Positions 8,937 to 19,815 are shown, counted from the stretch's first letter. The stretch: 64,000 nucleotides of DNA from Trichloromonas sp. (GCF_034006665.1 NZ_JAVESI010000016.1:329-64328), one strand, 5' to 3'. Program-made: numbers and translations. The notes: a model not told the origin generated them from the sequence alone.

Positions 8937-9821
8937 ATGGGCGGCATCAAAAAAGGCATCGTTCTCGCCGGTGGCGCCGGTAGTCGTCTTTATCCGCTGA
9001 CCCTGGTCGCCAGCAAGCAGCTGCAACCGGTCTATGACAAGCCGATGATCTATTATCCGCTCTCGACCCTGATGATGGCCGGCATCCGCGACATTTTGAT
9101 CATTTCGACGCCGCAGGATACCCCCCGCTTCGAGGCTTTGCTGGGGGACGGTTCGCGTTGGGGAATCTCTTTGTCCTACCGGGTTCAGCCTGAGCCGAAG
9201 GGGATCGCCCAGGCCTTTTTGGTCGGCGAGGATTTTATCGGTGGCGACAATGTTTGTTTGATTCTCGGCGACAACATCTTTTACGGCAAAATGGGTCTGG
9301 ATCGGATCGTCGCCAATTTCAACGGTGGTGCTTGGGTCTTCGGCTATCCGGTGCATGATCCCGAGCGTTACGGCGTAGTCGAGTTCGATGCCCGGGGCAA
9401 GGCGATCAGCATCGAGGAAAAGCCTCGCCAACCGAAATCCCGTTACGCTGTTCCCGGCCTCTATCTTTACGATAACAAGGTGGTCGAGATTACCAAACAG
9501 ATGAAGCCCTCGCCCCGGGGGGAGTTGGAAATCACCGACGTCAACCTTGAATACCTGCATCGGGGGCAATTGATGGTCGAACGTCTCGGACGCGGCATCG
9601 CTTGGCTTGACACCGGCACCCATGAAAGCCTGCTCGAGGCTAGCCATTTCATTGGCACCCTCGAAGCTCGACAAGGCTTGAAGATCGCTTGTCTCGAAGA
9701 AATTGCCTACCGCAGGGGGTTCCTCAGCCTGAGTCAATTTGAGCAGGTTATTGCGGCCACGCCGAAATCCAGCTATCGCAGCTATCTGGAAATGGTCTTG
9801 CGGGACGAGGTGGTGCTGTGA
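8937..9821 (+). CDS. rfbA: Glucose-1-phosphate thymidylyltransferase
   Basis: [39 protein letters not shown]. Confidence 0.95.
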   Translation: MGGIKKGIVLAGGAGSRLYPLTLVASKQLQPVYDKPMIYYPLSTLMMAGIRDILIISTPQDTPRFEALLGDGSRWGISLSYRVQPEPKGIAQAFLVGEDFIGGDNVCLILGDNIFYGKMGLDRIVANFNGGAWVFGYPVHDPERYGVVEFDARGKAISIEEKPRQPKSRYAVPGLYLYDNKVVEITKQMKPSPRGELEITDVNLEYLHRGQLMVERLGRGIAWLDTGTHESLLEASHFIGTLEARQGLKIACLEEIAYRRGFLSLSQFEQVIAATPKSSYRSYLEMVLRDEVVL

Positions 9822-10366
9822 ACGTAATAAAAACTGAAATTCCCGACCTCCTCATCATCGAACCAAAAGTGTTTGGTGATGAACGGGGCTTTTTTTACGA
9901 AAGTTACAACGAGCGGGCTTTTCAGGAAGCGATCGGACACGATGTTTGGTTTGTTCAGGATAATCATTCCCGTTCGGTAAAAGGCGTTCTGCGTGGACTG
10001 CATTACCAGTTGCCGCTGGCCGCCCAAGGAAAGTTGGTGCGCTGTGTGGTCGGTGAAGTGTTTGATGTGGCCGTCGATATCCGCAAAAACTCCCCAACCT
10101 TCGGTAAATGGGTGGGGGTACGCCTTTCGGCCGAAAACAAACTGCAATTTTGGATCCCCGAAGGGTTCGCTCACGGTTTTCTGGTCCTCTCCTACTATGC
10201 CGAATTCCTCTATAAAACCACAAATTACTATGCGCCGGAGCAGGAACGCTGCATTCTTTGGAACGATCCCATTCTGGGGATCGTTTGGCCATTAAGCGAC
10301 GCACCGGTACTTTCCCTCAAAGATCAGGCGGGTCGAGGGCTCTCCGAGGTGGAAGTCTTCGTTTGA
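9818..10366 (+). CDS. rfbC: dTDP-4-dehydrorhamnose 3,5-epimerase
   Basis: [12 protein letters not shown]...RGLHYQ...[19 protein letters not shown]...AHGF. GTGA overlap with rfbA. Confidence 0.95.
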   Translation: MNVIKTEIPDLLIIEPKVFGDERGFFYESYNERAFQEAIGHDVWFVQDNHSRSVKGVLRGLHYQLPLAAQGKLVRCVVGEVFDVAVDIRKNSPTFGKWVGVRLSAENKLQFWIPEGFAHGFLVLSYYAEFLYKTTNYYAPEQERCILWNDPILGIVWPLSDAPVLSLKDQAGRGLSEVEVFV

Positions 10367-10546
10367 TCGTTAATGACGGTTACCTCCCTTTGGTCCCGAA
10401 TTTTCTAGGTTGGGCTACGGTCTTCTGTCTCTGGTTTGAGCATCTACAGTGATTCCTGAGACTATTCTCATCTCCGAATCTTTTCTTGCTCTTTGCCCTT
10501 GTTTTTGTAATGATACCAGCTTGACAAAAAACAGGGGAGCTTTTTC

Positions 10547-12220
10547 ATGAAAAATTTCTTCAAGCAGTGGCGCCCTTATCTGGTTTATGGGGCCCTGTTC
10601 AGCATGTTTATTAACATTTTGCAACTGACATTCCCTATTTACATGCTGCAGATTTATGACCGGGTATTGTCCAGCTATAGCTTGCCCACTTTGTATGCCA
10701 TTACAGTTGCTGCTGTTGTCTCTTTGGTGGTTATGGCGGCTCTCGAATTTGTTCGTTCGCGACTTTTAGTTCGGTGCGGTGTTGCCATCGATCAAGTTTT
10801 GAGCAGGGATGTTCTGGAAAGTGTTTTAAAAGAGGCTGCTTTGACAGGGGCCTCGCCTAATCAGGCGACTTTGAGGGATGTTAATTTATTGCGGAATTTT
10901 TTCGGCGGGAACGCTATTTTTACCCTGTTTGATATTCCGTGGACGCCTCTCTTTCTTACGGTTATTTACATCCTCCATCCTTTGTTGGGGCTGGTAGCTA
11001 CTGGTGGGGCGGTTCTTCTGGTTGTTTTCGCGCTGATCAATGAGAAGGTAACTCGCAAACCGCTGGATGCCGCTAATACCGTGAGCGGATTTTCCATGAA
11101 ATTTGTCGAAGCGGCGCGCCGAAATGCTCAAACTGTCCATAGCATGGGGATGGTCAATGGCGTGGCCTCCCGCTGGTCGGGTTTCAACGATACCGTCACC
11201 AAACTCCAGACACAGGCCAGCAGACAGGCTGGTTTGGTTCAGTCGCTTTCGAGCTGGTTACGCCAATCCATGCAGGTTTTTATATACGGCGTGGGGGCTT
11301 GGCTGACACTCAATGGCGAGGCTACGGCGGGCTGTATGATCGCAGCATCCATCATCATGGGGAAGGCCCTCGCTCCCGTGCAGTTAGGGATTGGTTCCTG
11401 GAAAAGCATGGTGGAAGCCCGTGGTGCCTGGCGTCGCTTGGATGCCCTGTTCAGCCAAGTCAAGTCGGTGGAAGGAATGGATTTGCCCGAGCCAAAAGGA
11501 CAACTTGCCGCCGAGCATGTCAGTTTCGCCATTCAGGGAAACTTTATTCTTCGCGACATCAACTTTTCCTTGGAGCCAGGGGAGTCTCTTGGCCTGATTG
11601 GTCCTTCGGGAGCGGGTAAGTCGACGCTATGTCGGCTTTTGTTGGGAATCTGGCCGCCAAGTGGGGGGAAGGTACGTTTGGATGGAGCGGATATTTTCAG
11701 TTGGCAACAGGAGAAGTTAGGGCCGTATCTGGGATATTTGTCTCAGGATATTGAGTTGTTTAGCGGCACGGTGGCCGAAAACATCGCCCGCTTGGGCGAG
11801 GTGGATTCAGAAAAAGTCATTGCCGCCGCCAAGCAGGCTGGGGTGCATGATCTTATATTGAATCTGCCAAAAGGGTACGATACCCGAATTGGTGAAGGTG
11901 GTCAGGTTTTGTCCGGTGGTCAGCGCCAACGGATCGGGTTGGCACGCGCCCTGTACAAACAGCCGCGACTTGTCATTCTGGATGAGCCGAACTCGAATCT
12001 CGATGAAGAAGGGGAAGCGGCCCTTGTTCGCTCTTTTTCCGAACTTAAAAAACAAGGGACGACACTGGTAATTGTTTCTCATAAGCCGGCATTGCTTGCT
12101 GGTGTCGATAAGGTTCTGATGCTTAAAAATGGTCAACTGGCTCTTTTTGGGCCACGTAATGCGGTTTTTTCTAAGTTAATGGAAAGCCAAGGCCAAGGGC
12201 GGCAGCAGGTGGCAGGGTAA
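10547..12220 (+). CDS. Type I secretion system ABC permease/ATPase, PrtD/RsaD type (no C39 peptidase domain)
   Basis: 557 aa. N-terminal six-TM region. Walker A GPSGAGKST, signature LSGGQRQRIGLARAL, Walker B LVILDEP. Confidence 0.85.
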   Translation: MKNFFKQWRPYLVYGALFSMFINILQLTFPIYMLQIYDRVLSSYSLPTLYAITVAAVVSLVVMAALEFVRSRLLVRCGVAIDQVLSRDVLESVLKEAALTGASPNQATLRDVNLLRNFFGGNAIFTLFDIPWTPLFLTVIYILHPLLGLVATGGAVLLVVFALINEKVTRKPLDAANTVSGFSMKFVEAARRNAQTVHSMGMVNGVASRWSGFNDTVTKLQTQASRQAGLVQSLSSWLRQSMQVFIYGVGAWLTLNGEATAGCMIAASIIMGKALAPVQLGIGSWKSMVEARGAWRRLDALFSQVKSVEGMDLPEPKGQLAAEHVSFAIQGNFILRDINFSLEPGESLGLIGPSGAGKSTLCRLLLGIWPPSGGKVRLDGADIFSWQQEKLGPYLGYLSQDIELFSGTVAENIARLGEVDSEKVIAAAKQAGVHDLILNLPKGYDTRIGEGGQVLSGGQRQRIGLARALYKQPRLVILDEPNSNLDEEGEAALVRSFSELKKQGTTLVIVSHKPALLAGVDKVLMLKNGQLALFGPRNAVFSKLMESQGQGRQQVAG

Positions 12221-12316
12221 GGGAAAAAATATCCTAAGAGCTTTTAGCTGAATGATGATAGTTGCTTAGGCTCTCCCCAACGAAGTTCTTCCCTAATCTA
12301 TCACGAAAGTAAGTGG

Positions 12317-13747
12317 ATGACCGATAACGATCGAAAAGCTGTTCTGGACCAAGAAAAAAAAGTGGGATTCTGGAATAGAATACTGCGTCGAAAACGTATC
12401 AGTGACGAGGACTATGTACGGATAGAAGATGAAACTACGGCTCCCCCTGATTTGCCTATCCATTATACCGACAGTCGCCGAATCATTTTTTCCGGTCTTT
12501 TGATTGTCGGAGTGTTTTTCGGGTTGGGCGGATTATGGATCAGTCTGGCGGAAATTAGCGGTGCTGTCATTGCCAATGGTGAAGTAAGGGTCGATACCGA
12601 ACGGAAAACGGTGCAGCATCTGGAAGGGGGGATTGTTCGGGAGATTTTGGTGCGTAATGGTGACGTGGTTGACGCTGGGCAGCCCTTGATCATTTTGGAC
12701 AGTTCTCGCGTAGTCGCAGCAACTGATCAATTGCGTTTGCAGATTATGGCCACACGCCTGGATGAAGCTCGGCTTCAGGCGGAAAAAGAATTGTCTGCTG
12801 CGGTTTCTTGGCCCGCTGCGATTGAGGGGGTTTCAAAAGAGCAATACGACGATCTTCTGGATAGCGTTAAAAAGGTATTCAGCAGCGGTCGTCAGGCTTT
12901 AGTTACCCAGACGGATCTGCTAAGGAAACAGATCGACCAGTTGACTGAACAGGATCGCAGTCTGGCGGCTCGCCAACAGGCGGAGGAGCAGATTATTGCG
13001 ACCCTGCAAGAAGAACTGGATGCCAAAATGGTGCTCTTTGAGGAACAATATATTGACAAGACTCGCATCTTGGAACTTCGGCGGGCGATTGCTGAACATC
13101 AGGGGTTGAAGGCCCAGTTGCAGGGGAGCCAGGCCGAACTACGCGAAAAAGTTGCCGAGTTTCAGTTGCGCATCAGTGGTCTGGAAACGGAATACCGTCA
13201 AAAAGCCAGCGCCCAACAATCAGAAGTGCAGCAGCGGTTTTTTGATTTGCAACAGCAGTTAATGCCGTTGGTCGATGCCAGGGAACGGTTGTCGGTCACT
13301 GCACCTGTCGCTGGTGAAGTCGTTGCACTCCAGGTTCATTCACGCGGCGGTGTCATCAGCCCCGGTCAGCCGCTGCTGGATATCGTTCCTAAGGACAGTC
13401 CGCTAATTGTCGAGTGCCAGATTATGGTGAAGGATATCACGCATCTCTATAAAGGGCAGCCGGCCGATGTGCAACTTCTTGCTTTCAATCAGCGGACAAC
13501 GCCTAAAGTTGAAGGTAAGGTCGTCTATATATCAGCGGATCGGCTTTTGCAAAAAACACCTTATGGCGAACAGCCTGCATATATCGTACATATTGAACTC
13601 GATAAGCAGCAGCTTTATGACAATGATCTCTACCTGACGGCGGGAATGCCTGCCGCTGTCTTTATCCGGACCGAACCTAGGACGGTATTAGATTACGTTA
13701 TTGAGCCCCTGAAAGAAAATTTTGATCGGGCACTCCGGGAAAATTGA
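12317..13747 (+). CDS. HlyD-family type I secretion periplasmic adaptor (membrane fusion protein)
   Basis: Single N-terminal TM, GGIVREILVRNGDVVDAGQPLIILD lipoyl-like motif, long coiled coil, C-terminal beta domain. Confidence 0.85.
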   Translation: MTDNDRKAVLDQEKKVGFWNRILRRKRISDEDYVRIEDETTAPPDLPIHYTDSRRIIFSGLLIVGVFFGLGGLWISLAEISGAVIANGEVRVDTERKTVQHLEGGIVREILVRNGDVVDAGQPLIILDSSRVVAATDQLRLQIMATRLDEARLQAEKELSAAVSWPAAIEGVSKEQYDDLLDSVKKVFSSGRQALVTQTDLLRKQIDQLTEQDRSLAARQQAEEQIIATLQEELDAKMVLFEEQYIDKTRILELRRAIAEHQGLKAQLQGSQAELREKVAEFQLRISGLETEYRQKASAQQSEVQQRFFDLQQQLMPLVDARERLSVTAPVAGEVVALQVHSRGGVISPGQPLLDIVPKDSPLIVECQIMVKDITHLYKGQPADVQLLAFNQRTTPKVEGKVVYISADRLLQKTPYGEQPAYIVHIELDKQQLYDNDLYLTAGMPAAVFIRTEPRTVLDYVIEPLKENFDRALREN

Positions 13748-13760
13748 GAGAAGTTGGATA

Positions 13761-15071
13761 ATGGTAAAAAAGTCGATTATTTTTCTGCTTGGTTTCATGT
13801 TTCTAGTCCAAGAACCCTCCTGGTCATCCAGTTCGATGGAAACCATGACATTGGAAGATTGTATCCGTTATGGTTTGGACCACAACCCCGAAGTGAAGGC
13901 TTATACCTTAGCCGTTGATGAAGCGAAGTTAGGAGTCAGTGAAGCCAAAGGCGCCTTTTTCCCAACTTTAACCTTGGGTTATAACTATAATCAGTTGTCC
14001 AGCGGCAACAGTAATGATCGAGATACCGATTATCTTGACCAGAACAGCGACAGCTACTCCGTTCGTCTCAGCCAGCCCCTCTTTGCCGGTTTTTCCAGCG
14101 TGGCCGGACTTAACCGAGCTCGTCAATCTCGCGCGTACCGAGAAGCGGAACTCGTTTACATGCGTCAGCAGCTGGTAAAGGAAGTTCGCACCAGTTTTTA
14201 TAATTATATACAATCAAATCAACGTGCTCATGAGTGGCAAGCTTCTGTTGAGCGACTTGAGCGTCAGAAAGACATTGCCGCAGCTTGGGTCAAACAGCAG
14301 TTGGCCCCCCGTTTACGCTTGCTTGAAACTGAAGTCGAATTGTCCAATGCTCGTCATCAGCTAATTCGGGCACAATCCGAAGAGCGAATTGCTGCCGCAC
14401 AGCTTCGTCAATGGCTGGCCTTGGAAGCCGATGCCCCTTTGAATCTAAGCGGTGCTTTTGATGAAAGTCTCACGATACCTTGTATCGATCTGCCTCAGTG
14501 TCTCTCCTTGGGGTTGGAACGCCGTCCCGACTTGCAGTTGGCAAAGCTTAATATCGACATGGCCCGTGAAGATGCCCGTGTCATTCTGGCTCGCAATCTT
14601 CCCCAGGTACAACTGGAGGGGGGATATACGGATTATCAACGCGATTATGACGACAGTCGTTATGGAGAAGATAAACGCGATTATTTCAGTGTGACCCTGA
14701 ATCTGAGCATGAAACCTTTTCAGGGGGGACGTAATATTGCCGCCTGGCGAAAACAGCGCATCGCCGTCAATCGTTATGAACAACAGCTGAATGCGGCTCG
14801 CCTGCAAGTCACGAGTGATGTGGAAACCCGTTTTCAGCAACTCGATGAAGCCCGGGCGCGAATTGCCAATGCTCACGATACGATCAAAGAAGCCCGGGCC
14901 GCCTACGAAGTTGCCAGCCGTTCCGCCGAATTGGGTGTGGTCTCCCTGGATGATCTCCTCAACGCTGAGTTGCGCCTGACCCGCGCCGAAATCAACCTGA
15001 TCGATTCCCGCGCCGCTGAAGCTTTGGCCCGCGTTGCCCTCGACTATGCGATTGGGGTACCCACTCCGTAA
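13761..15071 (+). CDS. TolC-family outer-membrane channel
   Basis: Signal peptide MVKKSIIFLLGFMFL. Duplicated OEP repeats (PTLTLGYNYNQ..., LEGGYTDYQRDY...). Confidence 0.8.
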   Translation: MVKKSIIFLLGFMFLVQEPSWSSSSMETMTLEDCIRYGLDHNPEVKAYTLAVDEAKLGVSEAKGAFFPTLTLGYNYNQLSSGNSNDRDTDYLDQNSDSYSVRLSQPLFAGFSSVAGLNRARQSRAYREAELVYMRQQLVKEVRTSFYNYIQSNQRAHEWQASVERLERQKDIAAAWVKQQLAPRLRLLETEVELSNARHQLIRAQSEERIAAAQLRQWLALEADAPLNLSGAFDESLTIPCIDLPQCLSLGLERRPDLQLAKLNIDMAREDARVILARNLPQVQLEGGYTDYQRDYDDSRYGEDKRDYFSVTLNLSMKPFQGGRNIAAWRKQRIAVNRYEQQLNAARLQVTSDVETRFQQLDEARARIANAHDTIKEARAAYEVASRSAELGVVSLDDLLNAELRLTRAEINLIDSRAAEALARVALDYAIGVPTP

Positions 15072-15095
15072 CTTCCCGTTTTACAGGCACTCCTT

Positions 15096-15917
15096 ATGCA
15101 GCACTTTTCCATCCACCCTGGGCAGATCTCCAGAAGTTTCTGGCGTCATCGACAGCTTATTTTCAGCCTAATCCGCCAGGAGGTGCTGGTACGCTACCGC
15201 GGTTCCATTCTTGGGCTGCTCTGGTCCTTCTTTAACCCGGTGTTCATGTTACTGGTCTATACCTTCGTTTTCAGTGTGGTGTTCCAGGCACGTTGGGATC
15301 AGTCCATCGGTGGCTCGAAGGCTGAGTTTGCCCTGGTTTTGTTTGTTGGTCTGTTGCTGTTCAATCTGCTGGCGGAATGTTTTACCCGGGCTCCTTCTCT
15401 GATTCTGCAGAATCCCTCCTATGTCAAACGGGTCGTCTTCCCCCTGGAGGTTTTGCCTCTGGTTGCATTCGGTTCGGCTCTGTTTCATGCCGGCATCAGT
15501 CTGCTGGTGTTGCTGTTGTTTTCCTGTTTCGTTTTCGGCCTGCCGCCGATGACCGCTTTTCTTTTCCCCCTGTTGTTGCTGCCTCTGGCTGCCATCGCTC
15601 TGGCGGGGGGCTGGCTGCTCAGCTCGTTGGGAGTCTATCTGCGAGATGTCGCTCAGGTGGTGGGCTTGTTGGTGGCTGCCTGGATGTTTCTGACGCCGAT
15701 TTTTTATCCTGTCAGCATTATTCCGGCGGAATACCAGGTTTGGATGCATCTTAATCCTCTAAGTTTTTTGGTGGATCAGGCACGAGGTCTGCTTTTGTTC
15801 GGGCGCGTTCTTGACTGGTTCAGTTTTTTCTGGCTCACACTGGCGAGCTATGCCCTTGCTTGGCTTGCTTTTGTCTGGTTCCAGAAAACACGTCGAGGAT
15901 TCGCTGATGTCCTTTAG
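15096..15917 (+). CDS. wzm: O-antigen/polysaccharide ABC-2 transporter permease
   Basis: About 270 aa, six hydrophobic segments, RYRGSILGLLWSFFNPVFMLLVY signature of ABC-2 exporters. Confidence 0.8.
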   Translation: MQHFSIHPGQISRSFWRHRQLIFSLIRQEVLVRYRGSILGLLWSFFNPVFMLLVYTFVFSVVFQARWDQSIGGSKAEFALVLFVGLLLFNLLAECFTRAPSLILQNPSYVKRVVFPLEVLPLVAFGSALFHAGISLLVLLLFSCFVFGLPPMTAFLFPLLLLPLAAIALAGGWLLSSLGVYLRDVAQVVGLLVAAWMFLTPIFYPVSIIPAEYQVWMHLNPLSFLVDQARGLLLFGRVLDWFSFFWLTLASYALAWLAFVWFQKTRRGFADVL

Positions 15918-17148
15918 TCCAGTCATTGCTCTCGATAACGTCGGCAAGTGCTATCAGATCTACGACAAGCCGCGGGATCGGTTGTTGCAAATGTTTTGGC
16001 GCCGGCGTCGTCGGCTGTATCGTGAATTCTGGGCCCTGCGCGATCTGAATTTGCAGGTGCGTCCCGGCGAGGTTGTTGGTGTTATCGGCGCTAATGGTGC
16101 CGGTAAATCTACCCTGCTGCAGCTTGTTTGCGGTACGTTGGCGCCCAGTTGTGGCCATTTGCAGGTCAATGGTCGCGTTGCTGCGTTGCTCGAACTGGGG
16201 GCAGGTTTCAATCCGGAATTTACCGGTCGGGAAAATGTTTTTCTCAGTGCGGCAGTGATGGGGATGACCCATGATGAAATCTCTGCTCGTTTTGAGGAAA
16301 TCGTTGCCTTTTCCGGCATCGCGCCGTTTATCGACCAACCGGTAAAAACCTATTCCAGTGGCATGTATGTTCGCTTGGCCTTTGCCGTCGCCATTCATGT
16401 CGATCCCGATATCTTGGTGATCGATGAGGCCCTCTCGGTAGGGGATGGCGAATTTGCCCGCAAATCGTTTGACCGGATCATGAGTCTGAAGGATGCCGGC
16501 AAAACCATCCTGTTTTGTTCCCATGCTCTCTATCAGGTGGAAGCTCTGTGCAACCGGGCCATCTGGCTCGATCAGGGGCAGGTACGGCAGATTGGATCTG
16601 CTCAGACCGTCATTGCTTCCTATTCGCGATTTCTTGAGGGGCTTTCTTCTGCTGAATCAATCATGGTCTCGCCGACCACTCCTGGACAGACTGGAGCCAC
16701 AGCGGCCATGGTTATTGATGAGAAGGACGCCCCTCTGCACAGGATTAGTACGGTGATGGTGCAGAAAAATAGGGAGGATCCAGGAAAACGCATTGACATC
16801 TCAAGTCAGAAGGACATGGTGACCATCCATGTGGCATTTTTTTCGCGCATCCCAGAACCTCCCGTGCATGTCGGCATTGTGCTGACGGATACCAACGAAC
16901 GTATCATCACCAGTTTTTCGACTTTTGAAGACCATGTGCCCACACTGGTAGACAGTATGGGCCTGCGTCAAGTTAGGGTTCGTATTCCTGCCTGTCCTCT
17001 ACTCAAAGGTCAGTATCTGGTGTATGTTTTTTTACTCTGTGACCGCGCCATTTGCGTCCATGATCATGCGCATGCTGTGGCTGAGATCCATGTTTCGCAG
17101 GATAATTGGCTTCAGGGTGTTGTTGTTATTCCTCATGAGTGGGTCTGA
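15907..17148 (+). CDS. wzt: O-antigen ABC transporter ATP-binding protein with C-terminal glycan-binding (Wzt_C-like) domain
   Basis: Walker A GANGAGKST, signature YSSGMYVRLAFAV, Walker B LVIDEALSVGD, plus an about 150-aa extra C-terminal beta-rich domain. ATG 15907 overlaps the wzm end. Confidence 0.8.
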   Translation: MSFSPVIALDNVGKCYQIYDKPRDRLLQMFWRRRRRLYREFWALRDLNLQVRPGEVVGVIGANGAGKSTLLQLVCGTLAPSCGHLQVNGRVAALLELGAGFNPEFTGRENVFLSAAVMGMTHDEISARFEEIVAFSGIAPFIDQPVKTYSSGMYVRLAFAVAIHVDPDILVIDEALSVGDGEFARKSFDRIMSLKDAGKTILFCSHALYQVEALCNRAIWLDQGQVRQIGSAQTVIASYSRFLEGLSSAESIMVSPTTPGQTGATAAMVIDEKDAPLHRISTVMVQKNREDPGKRIDISSQKDMVTIHVAFFSRIPEPPVHVGIVLTDTNERIITSFSTFEDHVPTLVDSMGLRQVRVRIPACPLLKGQYLVYVFLLCDRAICVHDHAHAVAEIHVSQDNWLQGVVVIPHEWV

Positions 17149-17153
17149 CTCCG

Positions 17154-18038
17154 ATGTTGGAATTCAGTTATCATATTATCTTTCCGTTGTTGGCCAGAAT
17201 GCCGTCATGGCTGGCCTACCGGCTGTTGCGTGTGCCTGCGCTGGTGCAGGCACTAGTGAACAGGTCAGGACGCAGGATTTTTGTGCAGGGCTATACCACG
17301 ATCTTGCCTCATAGCAGTCGTTGGCAGTGCTGGTGCCAGTGGATTTGTACTTGTCTGATGCATAACCAGGAGATTCTTGATGTCTATTATCTGCCGCGCA
17401 TCCATGACCTGAGCAGCAGTCCGATTCCCATTTCGGTTTTCGGGATTGATGCGTTGCATACCAACCGCAAGGCAGGTCACGGCACAATAATTGCCATGGG
17501 ACACTATGGCCGTCTGCCGTTGTTCAGCACTGGAGTGGCCCTTGCTGGAGTCCCCGTCGGGTTTGTGATTCAGCGCATTGATGAACGCAATGAACATCTT
17601 AACATTGCTGAACGGGCCTATCTGCAAAAAAAAGTTGATGCTATGTGTCGTATTGCGGGGGGGCGTTGCATAATGGTCGGTGATGCAATGACGTCTCTCT
17701 ACCGTGGACTTAAAAATGGTGAGTGCATCATCATTCTCTTCGATTTACCACAACCACTGGAGGCGCAAATCACTTTGTGCCGCTACATGGAAGGGCAATT
17801 GCGCGTACCCAACAGCATTGTCCGTATTGCATCTAAGACTGGAGCGAACATCGTCTATGGTTCTGTCCACAACCAGAAACATGGTGTGCAGGTTACCCTG
17901 CGCCAGTTGCAGGGAACTGCACAACAGGCTCTTCATGAGGCGGTTGCAGAACTGGAAAAGGATGTACGCCAGAGTCCGTGGCAGTGGTGGCAGTGGCCTT
18001 TGGTTCCCCACCTCTGGTCATCAAAAGAAAAGGATTGA
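17154..18038 (+). CDS. LpxL/HtrB-like (lipid A biosynthesis) acyltransferase family protein
   Basis: GTIIAMGHYGRLPL (HxxxxE/R-like motif region) and C-terminal SPWQWWQW resemble the Lip_A_acyltrans family. Weakly supported. Confidence 0.45.
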   Translation: MLEFSYHIIFPLLARMPSWLAYRLLRVPALVQALVNRSGRRIFVQGYTTILPHSSRWQCWCQWICTCLMHNQEILDVYYLPRIHDLSSSPIPISVFGIDALHTNRKAGHGTIIAMGHYGRLPLFSTGVALAGVPVGFVIQRIDERNEHLNIAERAYLQKKVDAMCRIAGGRCIMVGDAMTSLYRGLKNGECIIILFDLPQPLEAQITLCRYMEGQLRVPNSIVRIASKTGANIVYGSVHNQKHGVQVTLRQLQGTAQQALHEAVAELEKDVRQSPWQWWQWPLVPHLWSSKEKD

Positions 18039-18039
18039 T

Positions 18040-18633
18040 ATGCATCATAGTTCTTATCGACACATGGAGCGCCTGCTTGATCAGCATGCAGCCAAGTATG
18101 TATCGGCAAGCATCTTTGATCTGGGCAGCTTTGACGTGAACGGCAGCTACCGACCGCTGTTTGATCGTCCAGGCTGGGTCTATCGGGGAATTGATCTCGA
18201 AGCCGGACCCAATGTCGATATTGTTCTGCGTGATGCGTACCGGTTACCCCTACCGGTTGATTCCGCCGATATTTTCCTTTCAGGTCAGGCATTCGAGCAT
18301 ATCCCATACTTCTGGATTACCTTTCTGGAAGTCGCCCGCGTTTTGAAGCCGGGGGGTCTCTTTTTCCTCATCGCCCCTTCGCGTGGTCCTGAGCACCGTT
18401 ATCCCGTCGATTGTTGGCGTTTTTATCCCGATGGTTACCAAGCCCTGGCGCGTTATGCTGGTCTGGAGGTTGTCGAGGCGCAGACCGACTGGCAACCTGA
18501 TTCCGCCCCCGACAGTGCGCCTTGGGGCGATACGGTCGGCGTGTTCCGGAAGCCACAACAAGCCTTTTGGCACAGGGCTCTTATGCGGTTACGTTGTCGT
18601 TGCCATCGTTTCGGGTTGCCTCCTTTTGCCTGA
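18040..18633 (+). CDS. Class I SAM-dependent methyltransferase (Methyltransf_11-like)
   Basis: IFDLGSFDVNG...ADIFLSGQAFEHIP...LKPGGLFFLIAP. The ATG overlaps the upstream stop (TGATATG). Confidence 0.7.
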   Translation: MHHSSYRHMERLLDQHAAKYVSASIFDLGSFDVNGSYRPLFDRPGWVYRGIDLEAGPNVDIVLRDAYRLPLPVDSADIFLSGQAFEHIPYFWITFLEVARVLKPGGLFFLIAPSRGPEHRYPVDCWRFYPDGYQALARYAGLEVVEAQTDWQPDSAPDSAPWGDTVGVFRKPQQAFWHRALMRLRCRCHRFGLPPFA

Positions 18634-18800
18634 ACCCTTCTCTCGTCCCTAGGCGGGCATATTCCGTTGGTTTTTTTCTGGCCAGCCCCAGTGCTTGGTG
18701 AAATGGGAACACATACGGGCAATCCCTATTTCGTTTTTTCCCAGGCTGTTTACGCTGTGCGCCTTTCTACGTGGTGCTATACTGTTGATAATTGGCAGAA
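18634..18800 (+). pseudogene. 5' stub of a displaced methyltransferase module (paralog of the N-terminus of the 1518-aa protein)
   Basis: GGHIPLVFFWPAPVLGEMGTHTGNPYFVFSQAVYAVRLSTWCYTVDNWQ aligns with [54 protein letters not shown]. The homology ends where AT-rich DNA begins. Confidence 0.65.
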
Positions 18801-18879
18801 AAATACATTTCTGATAACAACTGACCGAGAGGCAGTAATAAAATTAAGCGCATTATTATAATAAGGCAACGATTCTACA

Positions 18880-19815
18880 ATGATAAAAGAGTTCACAACT
18901 AATTTTATTATAAAAAAAATAGGTAATCATTGGACCGCTCAGCGGAAAGTTACGCGCCCTGCTCGTACGCGATGGTGGGAGTCCCCACTGGTAGTGCAGC
19001 ATTATAATGCGCAGATATGTGGATATGATATATCAGGGACTTCTCAAGGAATTGTTTCTGCCATCAGGCAACGTTGCGGTTCCAGGCTGCCATTCAAGCA
19101 TGGTATATCTGTTGGCGGCTCGAACGGATGGAAGGAGCGAATACTTATAAATGAAGGTATTGTCGAACATTTTACAGTAACCGAATATTCTGAAGAGCTT
19201 ATCAATGAAGGCATTGATTTATCTGAACAGCAAAAACTTAAAAATAAAATTGATTTTTATTTAGGAGATGCTTTCGAAAAATATTCAGATCCATCATCTT
19301 TTGACTTCGTATATTGGGATAATTCTTTGCATCATATGTTTGATGTTAATTCGGCTGTTTCTTGGAGCAGACATGTGCTGAATAGTAATGGTATTTTTGT
19401 AATGAATGATTTTGTTGGGCCTAATCGAATGCAATACTCCGACAGATCTATTAAATACGCATCGTTAGGCCGTGCCTTTTTGCCTAAAAAATATTTATCA
19501 GATCCCTACAATGAAGGTTCTTATCTTGATCGGGAAATTAAGCGATGTAATCCTATCGCTCTAGCTGTCTCTGACCCTTCTGAGTGTGCTGACAGTGGTC
19601 GTATTATTGATGCGGTCAAAGAGCATTTTCCTGACGCAAGTATCACGTTCACTGGTGGAACTATCTATAATTCATCTTTGAATGATATTTTGGCTAATTT
19701 TGATGAGGAAAATGAAACAGATCGATGTATTTTGCTCCTTTTGCTTCAGCTGGATAAAGAATGTGCTTTTTCTGGAGAGTCGCATTATGCTTTTGCTATG
19801 GCCGAAAAAAACTAG
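18880..19815 (+). CDS. Class I SAM-dependent methyltransferase, encoded in low-GC DNA
   Basis: FDFVYWDNSLHHMFDVNSAVSWSRHVLNSNGIFVMNDF. Markedly AT-rich codons relative to the neighbours. Confidence 0.6.
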   Translation: MIKEFTTNFIIKKIGNHWTAQRKVTRPARTRWWESPLVVQHYNAQICGYDISGTSQGIVSAIRQRCGSRLPFKHGISVGGSNGWKERILINEGIVEHFTVTEYSEELINEGIDLSEQQKLKNKIDFYLGDAFEKYSDPSSFDFVYWDNSLHHMFDVNSAVSWSRHVLNSNGIFVMNDFVGPNRMQYSDRSIKYASLGRAFLPKKYLSDPYNEGSYLDREIKRCNPIALAVSDPSECADSGRIIDAVKEHFPDASITFTGGTIYNSSLNDILANFDEENETDRCILLLLLQLDKECAFSGESHYAFAMAEKN

